Shown one piece after another: positions 1-7,646 of a stretch of 41,494 bases of DNA (positions are counted from its first letter, which is position 1; each line of letters starts with the position of its first letter). The notes below the pieces were generated by a model. It was not told the DNA's origin and searched no databases. It worked only from the letters and a program-made list of their open reading frames with translations. The position numbers and the translations under genes are program-made. The DNA comes from a virus. Where the stretch lies: the IMG/VR virus record IMGVR_UViG_3300045988_005695. One strand, given 5' to 3'.

Positions 1-99
1 GAGGCAAGATGAAAGTACTCGAATTGTTTGCAGGGACGCGAAGCATCGGGAAAGCATTTGAGGCACGAGGGCACGAAGTGTACTCAGTGGAGTGGGACA
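1..99. repeat. Terminal overlap, identical to 41396-41494 (circular assembly signature)
   Basis: Direct read-off: gaggcaagatgaaagtactc...agtggagtgggaca occurs at both ends. Confidence 0.95.
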
Positions 100-719
100 A
101 AGACTTTGAAAACATCGACCTATACGCCGACATCCTGACGGTAACGGCGAAAGACATCTTGGATAAATTCGGACATCCGGATGTGATATGGGCAAGCCCG
201 GATTGCACGACATTCTCCATCGCTGCAATCTCACACCATCGACGCAAAAATCCGGAAACGGGGAATTTGGACGCGGTGAGCGAGTACGCAAAGTTCTGCG
301 ACAAGGTGGACCAGCATGTCCTGGCACTCATCAAAGAGCTAAACCCGAAATTTTATTTTATAGAAAATCCCCGTGGCGGGATGCGGAAAATGACGTGGAT
401 GCAGGATCTGCCTCGCTACACTGTTACATATTGCCAGTATGGCGACACCAGAATGAAGCCGACAGATATATGGACAAACCATCCAGATCCCAAATTTAGG
501 CCGATGTGCCACAACGGCGACCCGTGCCATATCGCCGCGCCGCGCGGAGCAAAGACCGGTACGCAGGGGCTGAAGGGGAGCAAGGAGCGATCAGTGATTC
601 CGAAAGCGCTATGCGAGCATATCGTGGATATCTGCGTGGCGGATCTGGGCCAGATCATGCTGGCCAAGCTGACACCGGGGAGGGAGGACGGCAATGGACT
701 TAGAACAAACCGCGATTGA
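9..719 (+). CDS. DNA (cytosine-5)-methyltransferase, compact orphan type
   Basis: Motif I ELFAGTRSIG, motif IV ASPDCTTFS (catalytic Cys), motif VI FIENPRG, QYGDTR (motif VIII-like) and SVIPKALCEHI (motif X-like). ATGA overlap with the upstream ORF across the circular junction. Confidence 0.85.
   Translation: MKVLELFAGTRSIGKAFEARGHEVYSVEWDKDFENIDLYADILTVTAKDILDKFGHPDVIWASPDCTTFSIAAISHHRRKNPETGNLDAVSEYAKFCDKVDQHVLALIKELNPKFYFIENPRGGMRKMTWMQDLPRYTVTYCQYGDTRMKPTDIWTNHPDPKFRPMCHNGDPCHIAAPRGAKTGTQGLKGSKERSVIPKALCEHIVDICVADLGQIMLAKLTPGREDGNGLRTNRD
635..694. repeat. Direct repeat copy A (partner at 41344-41402) at the 3' end of the MTase gene
   Basis: The 60-nt copy aligns to the 59-nt copy with 2 substitutions and one 1-nt indel. 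Each copy includes GGGAGGGAGGA and ends at a start codon. Confidence 0.9.
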
Positions 720-1563
720 GCGGCTGCGGATGACTTCGGATATGAGCCTGCGCCTGTACAAGCAGCCGCTGGTGGTCACGTATTCCGGGGGGAAGGACTC
801 GGACGTGCTGCTGCATCTGGCGGAGGCAAGCGGGATCCCGTTTGAGGCCCTACATAGTCTCACAACGGCGGACGCGCCGGAGACCGTCTGGCACGTGCGG
901 GATACCTTCCGGCGGTTGGAACTGACCGGCGTAAAATGCGACATCGATACGCACCGGACGCCGGACGGCGGAAACGTGACGATGTGGAATCTGATTCCGA
1001 GAAAGCTCATGCCGCCGACACGTCTCGTGCGATACTGCTGTGCAGAACTCAAGGAGACCAGCGGCCGCGGGAGGTGGATCGCGACCGGCGTCCGGTGGGC
1101 CGAATCGCAAAAGCGCAAATCCCGCGGCGTTATGGAAGCGCTTCATAAGAATAAGGAAAAGCGGCTGACGCTGATGAATGACAACGACGAAAGCCGAATG
1201 ATGATGGAAAACTGCCAGCTAAAGGGGACCCGGACAGTCAACCCGATCATTGACTGGCAGGATGCTGACATCTGGGATTACTGCACGGAAGAAAAGATCT
1301 CGATGAATCCGCTTTACGCCTGCGGTTTTGAACGCGTGGGTTGTATCGGCTGCCCGATGGCAGGCAAGCACCGGAAGGTGCAGTTCGCGCGTTACCCAAA
1401 GATCAAAGCGGCGTATGTCCGGGCGTTTGACAGGATGCTTGGAGAACGTCGCAAGCGAGGCTTGCCTTGCGACTGGCAAACAGGTGAGGATGTGATGCAC
1501 TGGTGGATGGAGGATGGCGTTTTGCCGGGACAGATGGTTCTTGAAGGAATGGAGGATATATGA
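694..1563 (+). CDS. Phosphoadenosine phosphosulfate (PAPS) reductase family / PP-loop ATPase-like protein
   Basis: PP-loop motif VVTYSGGKDS. C-terminal Cys cluster CGFERVGCIGCP. Start overlaps the end of the MTase gene. Confidence 0.8.
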   Translation: MDLEQTAIERLRMTSDMSLRLYKQPLVVTYSGGKDSDVLLHLAEASGIPFEALHSLTTADAPETVWHVRDTFRRLELTGVKCDIDTHRTPDGGNVTMWNLIPRKLMPPTRLVRYCCAELKETSGRGRWIATGVRWAESQKRKSRGVMEALHKNKEKRLTLMNDNDESRMMMENCQLKGTRTVNPIIDWQDADIWDYCTEEKISMNPLYACGFERVGCIGCPMAGKHRKVQFARYPKIKAAYVRAFDRMLGERRKRGLPCDWQTGEDVMHWWMEDGVLPGQMVLEGMEDI

Positions 1564-1934
1564 CAGACAAAATCGCGCAGGCGCTGCGGTGCTGTGCAGA
1601 GGGCGAGTGCAAAGGCTGCGCCATGCATGAGGATAAGCAGCGCTGCCAAGAGAATTTATTGGCCAAAGCCGCTGAAGCCATCGAGCGCCTGACCGCCGAG
1701 AACGCGAAGGCAGAAGCCGAGAGGGACGCTCTAATCGAGCAGATAAAAGAGCGGCATGATTGCCTGGACTGCAAGCATAACGATTTTTGCGAATATGACG
1801 GTGCGGACGATGCGATTGTCTTTGACTGCATGAACTGCGTGCAGGAAGGATGCCCATGCGCCGGGTGCTGCGATTCCAGCCGCTGGGAATGGCGCGGATT
1901 GCTGGAAACGCCGGAGGAAGGAGAAAAGGCATGA
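1560..1934 (+). CDS. Cys-rich hypothetical protein
   Basis: ATGA-coupled start. Many CxxC-type pairs flank a coiled-coil stretch. Confidence 0.6.
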   Translation: MTDKIAQALRCCAEGECKGCAMHEDKQRCQENLLAKAAEAIERLTAENAKAEAERDALIEQIKERHDCLDCKHNDFCEYDGADDAIVFDCMNCVQEGCPCAGCCDSSRWEWRGLLETPEEGEKA

Positions 1935-2482
1935 TAGCTGTTCTAATCAGCGTCCGCCCGAAGTGGTGCGAGAAGATCATAAGCGGAGAGAAAACGATCG
2001 AGGTGCGCAAGACGAAACCGAAACTCATTCCGCCGTTTAAGTGCTACATCTACTGCACGCAGAGCGCTGATATGCTTTGGATTTTGAAGGAAGGGGAACG
2101 GTCTCTCCATCCTGATAAAATAGCGGATGTTTTCAAGGCTGCTAAATGCGGAGGAGCATATCGGGGGAATGGCAAGGTTATCGGGGAGTTTACCTGCAAC
2201 AGGGTAACGAACCTTTTTTCAAACAGCAGATTTTGGCTGGACGAGGATGATGTTTTACACACGTGCTTGTCTGCTGCGGAAATGCGAAAATACGCAAATG
2301 GCGCAAATGGATTGTACGGCTGGCACATCTCCAACCTCAGGATTTACGACACCCCGCGCGAACTGCGGGAATTTTACGCTGTGCCAAATGAGGTAGAGGT
2401 AGCGCTCAAGGTAAAACCCAAGCCAATCACCCGCCCGCCGCAGAGCTGGCGGTATGTGGAGGAAGAGACATGGAACGACTGA
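1931..2482 (+). CDS. ASCH domain-like protein
   Basis: The internal ATG at 1931 overlaps the upstream stop (ATGA). N-terminus MIAVLISVRPKWCEKIISGEKTIEVRK matches the ASCH pattern. Confidence 0.6.
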   Translation: MIAVLISVRPKWCEKIISGEKTIEVRKTKPKLIPPFKCYIYCTQSADMLWILKEGERSLHPDKIADVFKAAKCGGAYRGNGKVIGEFTCNRVTNLFSNSRFWLDEDDVLHTCLSAAEMRKYANGANGLYGWHISNLRIYDTPRELREFYAVPNEVEVALKVKPKPITRPPQSWRYVEEETWND

Positions 2483-3042
2483 CAAGACCTAATATCAACG
2501 TAGACCCGGGCACCGACCGATTTCTGCACGCCGCGATCGGCGGCAAGGAAATCGACTGGAAGCAGAGCCGGGACAGCACGCTCAACGTGCTGATCAACGG
2601 CCCAACGAGCAACGGCTTTGGCAAGGATATTTTCCGCAAGATGGCCCGCGATCTGTACGGACGGCTGAAAGCCTACGAGGATAAGGGGTGTGAGCCGGAG
2701 AAAGTCCTGCCGAAAGATAAGGCAGACGAGATCGCGCTGAAGCTCATGCGTCTTGCTGATTTGGAGAGCATTTGCAGTTATACCCGCCTCCGCGAGCTTG
2801 CCGAGGCCGACAAGGACGGGCGCGTGGTCGTGCTGCCGTGCAAGGTCGGTGACACGGTGTACCGAGTGTTCACGGTAGACGGACGAGAACCCGTGATACA
2901 GGCAACGCAGGTCAAGACGTTCGGCCAAGCCGCTGACCTTATAGGCCGAATTGGAAAGTTGAGTAAGCTGGTCAGTGTATTCCGCACCCGCGAGGAAGCG
3001 GAGCGGGCGATGCAGGAGATGGAGGGCAAGAAGGATGGTTGA
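2470..3042 (+). CDS. Hypothetical phage protein
   Basis: Long ORF in the operon, with an overlapping start. Confidence 0.6.
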   Translation: MERLTRPNINVDPGTDRFLHAAIGGKEIDWKQSRDSTLNVLINGPTSNGFGKDIFRKMARDLYGRLKAYEDKGCEPEKVLPKDKADEIALKLMRLADLESICSYTRLRELAEADKDGRVVVLPCKVGDTVYRVFTVDGREPVIQATQVKTFGQAADLIGRIGKLSKLVSVFRTREEAERAMQEMEGKKDG

Positions 3043-3250
3043 ACTGAAACCGTGCCCGTTCTGTGGCGGTGAAATCGATGGGCCAAATTCCGTGCAGTGC
3101 AATTATGGGAAGAAGATTATCACGCTTGGCCTGATCTGCACAAAATGCAGAACCGGATTTAAGTTCCGGGCAACGTTTGTAGAAGATCCGTACACGGAAG
3201 CTAGAGAGGCTTGGAACAGGAGGGCGGCGGATGGGCCAGCACAAACATAA
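3035..3250 (+). CDS. Lar-family restriction alleviation-like zinc-ribbon protein
   Basis: MVELKPCPFCGG ... CTKC ... AREAWNRRA matches the Lar-family signature. The ATG at 3035 overlaps the upstream stop. Confidence 0.6.
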   Translation: MVELKPCPFCGGEIDGPNSVQCNYGKKIITLGLICTKCRTGFKFRATFVEDPYTEAREAWNRRAADGPAQT

Positions 3251-3431
3251 TCCTACAGCCATTGCGGCCAAGAATGGTGAGCTGCCGCCGAAGAAGCGGG
3301 AGCGGCGGCTGACCAAGCGACAAACGGAGCGGCTTTTGAAAACAGAAATCCTGAGTAGATGCACACCGCTTTACGCCCTTCCGCCAGAGTTGCAAAACAG
3401 AATCAGAAGGGAGTATATGGATTATGACTGA
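3231..3431 (+). CDS. Small basic hypothetical protein
   Basis: ORF in the operon with an overlapping start. K/R-rich. Confidence 0.45.
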   Translation: MGQHKHNPTAIAAKNGELPPKKRERRLTKRQTERLLKTEILSRCTPLYALPPELQNRIRREYMDYD

Positions 3432-3478
3432 TTATATCAGCCGCGAAGCGGCGGAGAAAGCATTGGAGGGGATGAAGG

Positions 3479-3670
3479 ATGGATATTGAAAAGAAAAAGG
3501 CTGAACTGTTTGCGATTCTTGCAGAAGTGGATGCCGAGATTCAAACCATAAGTGATCGCATCGCAAAAGCGCGTGAGGATTTGACGAACGTTTACACGGT
3601 GGACGATGTGGAACGATTTCGCGAGAACTGTGACCTTGAGAAGGGCCTAGAGCACATTCTACTGATTTAG
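3479..3670 (+). CDS. Hypothetical protein
   Basis: ORF in the operon context. Confidence 0.5.
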   Translation: MDIEKKKAELFAILAEVDAEIQTISDRIAKAREDLTNVYTVDDVERFRENCDLEKGLEHILLI

Positions 3671-3681
3671 GAGGGCGGACA

Positions 3682-3786
3682 ATGGCTGAATACATTGACA
3701 AGGAAGCGTTGTTCGCCAAATTTGATCGACTGGGGTTAGGCGAACACAGCATTATGTGCGGGCGGAAATTTCGGAGGGATAAATGA
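3682..3786 (+). CDS. Small hypothetical protein (34 aa, MAEYIDKEAL...)
   Basis: GGAGGG RBS lies 5 nt upstream of the ATG at 3682. The stop overlaps the next start. The N-terminal motif is shared with neighbouring ORFs. Confidence 0.3.
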   Translation: MAEYIDKEALFAKFDRLGLGEHSIMCGRKFRRDK

Positions 3787-4061
3787 TGGACGATTATATC
3801 AGCCGCGAGGCGGCGCTGACAGCGCTGCAGGACTCGGACCTTTTTAACACTACGGAGCGGCAGCTGCGGGCTATTCGTGAACTTCCCGCCGCCGACGTTG
3901 CGGAGGTGGTGCGGTGCAAGGACTGCGCCGCCTGGAAAAGAAACGTTGGCATTGTCGACGGCCCGAACGGACACTGTTTCGAGCACGATATTGATACAAA
4001 CGGGCAGGATTTTTGCAGCTACGGAGAATATCAGACAAATACGGGGGGTGTGACCAAATGA
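3783..4061 (+). CDS. Hypothetical protein (N-terminal DYISREAA motif, Cys-rich C-terminus)
   Basis: ORF with a coupled start. Confidence 0.55.
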   Translation: MMDDYISREAALTALQDSDLFNTTERQLRAIRELPAADVAEVVRCKDCAAWKRNVGIVDGPNGHCFEHDIDTNGQDFCSYGEYQTNTGGVTK

Positions 4062-4105
4062 GCGGGCTGCGGTTTGCACGCGGTAGCGCGAAAGGAGGAA
4101 AACTG

Positions 4106-4279
4106 ATGCAAGATTGCTGTTTGACCTGCAGGAATCTGGAATACAGGAAGAACTACGTTTACCCGTATCGGTGCTTGAAGCACAAGGCGGAACGGTTCTC
4201 CGAGAAAGACCTGGAGCACATGTGCTTTTCCGGTGAGGAATGCAAAGATTACGAAGACATGGATAGGAGGCAGACATGA
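4106..4279 (+). CDS. Small Cys-rich hypothetical protein
   Basis: Strong RBS AAAGGAGGA at 4091-4099, then the ATG at 4106. An alternative coupled ATG lies at 4058. Confidence 0.45.
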   Translation: MQDCCLTCRNLEYRKNYVYPYRCLKHKAERFSEKDLEHMCFSGEECKDYEDMDRRQT

Positions 4280-4830
4280 TCGTCAAACTTTTGAAGTACC
4301 CCACCGATGAGGACTGGGCGCTGGCCAAGCAGTGCGCTTTAGTTACCATTGGAAAAGAGATGAAGACAGCCCCGGACATGGCGTGGAAACACGCCATTCT
4401 CCGGGCAAAGCATAGCCCCATCCGGACGCTGCAGTTTGCGTTTTATCTCGAGGGCGTGCCGTACTGGGTAAGCACCCACTTAGCCCGCCACGTCCATGCA
4501 CAGCCGTTTATCCGCAGCCAGCGGAATGACCGGCAGGACGAATACGACCGGAACGCAGCACGGCAGGACGCGCCCGTGGACATGATTTGGTACATGAACG
4601 CGGAAGAGCTGATGACGATCATGGAAAAGCGGTTGTGCCATCTGGCGGCGAAGGAGACACGCAAAGTCGCCAAAAAGATCCGCGAGCTAGTGATTGAGCA
4701 ATGCCCGGAGTTTGTCGACCTTTTGGCCCCTCCGTGTGTGCAAACGCTCGTTTGCAGGGAAATGTACCCGTGTAAATACGAAAACGTTCTGACATGGAGG
4801 GTACCATATGGGAACAATTCTTGCGATTGA
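4276..4830 (+). CDS. ThyX-like (flavin-dependent thymidylate synthase family) protein with a degenerate signature
   Basis: THLARHVHAQPFIRSQRN has the same spacing as the canonical ThyX RHRxxSxxxxSQRY motif, but reads RHV..Q. At 184 aa it is short for the family. Confidence 0.5.
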   Translation: MIVKLLKYPTDEDWALAKQCALVTIGKEMKTAPDMAWKHAILRAKHSPIRTLQFAFYLEGVPYWVSTHLARHVHAQPFIRSQRNDRQDEYDRNAARQDAPVDMIWYMNAEELMTIMEKRLCHLAAKETRKVAKKIRELVIEQCPEFVDLLAPPCVQTLVCREMYPCKYENVLTWRVPYGNNSCD

Positions 4831-5317
4831 CCCCGGCAATATTCAATCCGGCTATGTAATCGTAGAGCATGACGGCGAAGAGATCCGCCGCGTGCTGGAT
4901 GCCGGGAAGATCGAGAACCGCAAAATGCTGCAGCTGCTGGAGCAGAAACTTCGGTGGAACTGTCAGCAAGTTGTAATCGAAATGATAGCCGGTATGGGCA
5001 TGACAGTCGGGCAGGAAGTGTTCGACACCTGTGTCTGGATCGGCCGGTTCTGGCAAATCGTGCTGTGGGAAACAGGCTATGAGCCGACGCGGATCTTCCG
5101 CCGGGAAGAAAAGCTTGATCTGTGCGGCTCACTATCGGCCAAAGATGCAAACATCCGGCAGGCCCTCGTCGACCGCTACGCGCCCGGCCAGCCGAACTTC
5201 GGAAAGGGGACGAAAAAGGATCCCGGTTTCTTTTATGGGTTTTCGGCGGACATGTGGGCGGCTATGGCGGTAGCTGTGACGTATTTTGACAAGTACATAA
5301 GGGGGATACAGTTATGA
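4808..5317 (+). CDS. RuvC-like Holliday junction resolvase
   Basis: N-terminal ILAIDPGNIQSGY, internal VVIEM, and C-terminal Asp residues are consistent with an RNase H-fold resolvase. GGAGGG RBS is present. Confidence 0.6.
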   Translation: MGTILAIDPGNIQSGYVIVEHDGEEIRRVLDAGKIENRKMLQLLEQKLRWNCQQVVIEMIAGMGMTVGQEVFDTCVWIGRFWQIVLWETGYEPTRIFRREEKLDLCGSLSAKDANIRQALVDRYAPGQPNFGKGTKKDPGFFYGFSADMWAAMAVAVTYFDKYIRGIQL

Positions 5318-6132
5318 ATGATAACTGCATTTGCGCGCATTTATACGGAGACGGTAGCAGGGATTGTAGGTTAAGAGCAGAGTACATCCGCTGCAACCGC
5401 GCCGAGGAATGCTCTGCCTATAAAAATGGAAAGTGTTTTTGCGTAACAACACTATTTGGCGTCAGATGCCCAAACGGTGAGATCACAATTGTGGATGGTG
5501 GAACAAAACAGTCAAAGAAGTTTTTACGGGTTCAGAAAGAAGCCCGAACAAATCCCGCTTACGGGAAATTACGATATCCATCAACCAATTTGATTACACG
5601 CATAGGAGAAGACGCTTTCCTCACCGTTCCTTATACATGGTTGGAGGAATTTGGCGGGGAAATCCGTTGCGATAACCCGCATCTTGGCACTAACAGACTG
5701 TACATAAGCGCCGATAAACTCACGCCTGAAAACATTAAGAGAATTTGCGATTTTATCCCGCGCGCAATAATGGGCGGCGTCATTCGGGATTATCAGGACA
5801 AAACCGTTCCGATGTTTTTGCATCAGCTACGGGGTTTATTCCCGGAAAAGTATGCAGCATTCCAGGAAGCGTATCCTGATTACAAAATCAAAGCTCCGGA
5901 TTGGAAGGGACGATGGGCAAAGCTTTCAACCTGCAACAGGAATGCAGAGTACAAGGACTGCCACAAAAACACGTTCCGTTTTGATGGAGACTACATTGTA
6001 TGCGACTGCTATAACTCGTCATTTGCGCCATTTTGTGCAAAACGGGCAGAAATCCGGGTGAAACTATCGGACGAAATGGAGGTGGAGATCACAGACAACT
6101 TACAAGTTACTGATGAAACTGTTTTTTTATGA
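5314..6132 (+). CDS. Hypothetical protein, Cys-rich N-terminus
   Basis: 272-aa ORF with an ATGA-coupled start. Confidence 0.6.
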   Translation: MNDNCICAHLYGDGSRDCRLRAEYIRCNRAEECSAYKNGKCFCVTTLFGVRCPNGEITIVDGGTKQSKKFLRVQKEARTNPAYGKLRYPSTNLITRIGEDAFLTVPYTWLEEFGGEIRCDNPHLGTNRLYISADKLTPENIKRICDFIPRAIMGGVIRDYQDKTVPMFLHQLRGLFPEKYAAFQEAYPDYKIKAPDWKGRWAKLSTCNRNAEYKDCHKNTFRFDGDYIVCDCYNSSFAPFCAKRAEIRVKLSDEMEVEITDNLQVTDETVFL

Positions 6133-6165
6133 GATTTTTAGATTAGCAAGGGGGGTAAAGCTGCA

Positions 6166-6501
6166 ATGGCAAATATCACGGCGACATGCCCGGTTTGTGG
6201 GAAAATATTCACCCGGCCCTGCAAGCCGCGCGCGGATGGCCGGTATCTCTGCAGCCGGGCATGTGCAGGGGCATGGCGCAAACTGCATCCCATCTGCACG
6301 GGCAAGCGGCGCGATCGCGCATGGGATGAGGTACGGGTCCAGATCACGGCGATCATCCCGGTCTATCCCGCCATGCGTCCGCGCATGGGCGAAGTGTACG
6401 ACGCGGAAAAATATGAATACGTCAGCAGCATGCCCGGATATGTTGTGCGCGTCGGAGACAAACGGGTCTGTGTGAGGGTAGACGAATGCAGGGAGATTTA
6501 A
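6166..6501 (+). CDS. Zinc-ribbon hypothetical protein
   Basis: CPVCG ... CSRAC. Confidence 0.55.
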   Translation: MANITATCPVCGKIFTRPCKPRADGRYLCSRACAGAWRKLHPICTGKRRDRAWDEVRVQITAIIPVYPAMRPRMGEVYDAEKYEYVSSMPGYVVRVGDKRVCVRVDECREI

Positions 6502-6719
6502 GAATCAGCCCATATTCCGCTCCGTGCGGCGACTGTCCCGAAAAGGGCTGCGGGGCAAAGCATACGACCTGCGAGGCGTACATAGCGTTCCGCAAGGCTG
6601 CGGACGAGTACAACAAAAGCAAGGTAGAGCGCATAGAGCGCGGGATGGAAACAATCGGCAAGTCCGCCAGAGCGCGGAAATACGATCGGGCAAAACGCGA
6701 AGGGAGGGTACACTATTGA
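6486..6719 (+). CDS. Hypothetical protein
   Basis: ORF overlapping its neighbours at both ends. Confidence 0.5.
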   Translation: MQGDLRISPYSAPCGDCPEKGCGAKHTTCEAYIAFRKAADEYNKSKVERIERGMETIGKSARARKYDRAKREGRVHY

Positions 6720-7168
6720 TGGAACAGATCAAGGGCGCAAAGTACGACGATGGGAAGCCGAGGCCGTCGCTCGTGCCGGTAGAGGCGATCGAGGCGATCA
6801 TGCAGGTGCGGGAGTTTGGAAAGGCAAAATACGCCGACGCGGAGGACTGGCGCAAGGTGCCGCGCGAGAAGTGGCTGGACGCCCTTCTGCGCCACGTTCT
6901 GCATATGTGGGATAATTCGATGCATATCGACGAAGAATCCGGCCTGCCGTCTCTGTGGCATGTTATAACTAATGCTGCGTTTCTGTGCGCGGCGTACAAA
7001 GATGAACTGGACAAAGCGCGCGGGGAATGGGCAAAGGATGTGCTGGACGAAAAGGCAGTTGATGGGTGCGAGAACTCACAATGTGCGTATTCCTCTACCA
7101 CATGCGGGTGTATCCGGTATAATGATGTAAGCCACTGCAAGAAAAGGAAGGGAGTGCGCCGTGAGTAA
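6719..7168 (+). CDS. dATP/dGTP diphosphohydrolase N-terminal-domain-like (MazG-related) protein
   Basis: KYDDGKPRPSLVPVEAIEAIMQVREFGKAKY ... LLRHVLHMW ... ESGLPSLWHVITNAAFL matches this domain pattern. TGATG-coupled start at 6719. Confidence 0.6.
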   Translation: MEQIKGAKYDDGKPRPSLVPVEAIEAIMQVREFGKAKYADAEDWRKVPREKWLDALLRHVLHMWDNSMHIDEESGLPSLWHVITNAAFLCAAYKDELDKARGEWAKDVLDEKAVDGCENSQCAYSSTTCGCIRYNDVSHCKKRKGVRRE

Positions 7169-7451
7169 GCCGCGCTACGGCTGGTGGCCATATGCAAAGT
7201 GGATGATCCGCAACTATAAGGGCGGCGGGCTGATGACGAAGGCCGAGCGCGCTGCCGTTGAGGAGGCAATCGCGGAGACGGAACAGCTCGTTGACGGCGC
7301 GGAGCGACTCCGGATCATAGACTTGGTTCTTTGGAAGCGGACGCACATGCTGCAGGGGGCCGCGCTAGCGTGCTACGTCTCGGAGCGTACTGCGCAGGAG
7401 TGGCACAGGCAATTTATTCGCCTTGTGGGGCAAAAAAGAGGGCTTTTATGA
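7161..7451 (+). CDS. Late-gene transcriptional activator-like protein (RinA / sigma region 4-type HTH)
   Basis: Last gene before the packaging module. C-terminal HTH-like GAALACYVSERTAQEWHRQFIRLV. Confidence 0.5.
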   Translation: MSKPRYGWWPYAKWMIRNYKGGGLMTKAERAAVEEAIAETEQLVDGAERLRIIDLVLWKRTHMLQGAALACYVSERTAQEWHRQFIRLVGQKRGLL

Positions 7452-7492
7452 AAAAGTCTGCGCCCCAGAGCCAAATTTAACATTTACTATAA

Positions 7493-7522
7493 GGGCGTAG
7501 AGACCAACTCTACGCCCTTTTT
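7493..7522 (+). terminator. Rho-independent terminator
   Basis: GGGCGTAGAG-ACCAA-CTCTACGCCC followed by TTTTT. Confidence 0.65.
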
Positions 7523-7561
7523 CATCGGCACCGCAGCGTCCTGCGGAAACCTCCTCCTCCT

Positions 7562-7619
7562 GTTCTCGTGTTCTCCGGTGTGAATAAATATATTTATTCA
7601 CACACGGAGACACGAGAAC
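7562..7619. repeat. 58-bp imperfect palindrome centred on AATAAATATATTTATT
   Basis: GTTCTCGTGTTCTCCGGTGTGAATAAATA / TATTTATTCACACACGGAGACACGAGAAC. The arms match except for small indels. Confidence 0.8.
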
Positions 7620-7646
7620 GAAAGAATGAGGCAGAAAGGAGCGGCT

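Noticed and set aside
3432-4421. Long - strand ORFs opposite + strand operons. Examples: 3432-4421, 9543-10634, 12760-13680, 18145-19149, 20565-21410, 30122-31000 and 31329-32129.
   Set aside because: They lie antisense to well-supported, translationally coupled phage genes. Their translations are low-complexity and Arg/Ser/Pro-rich, and they have no RBS. They are typical shadow ORFs of GC-rich DNA.
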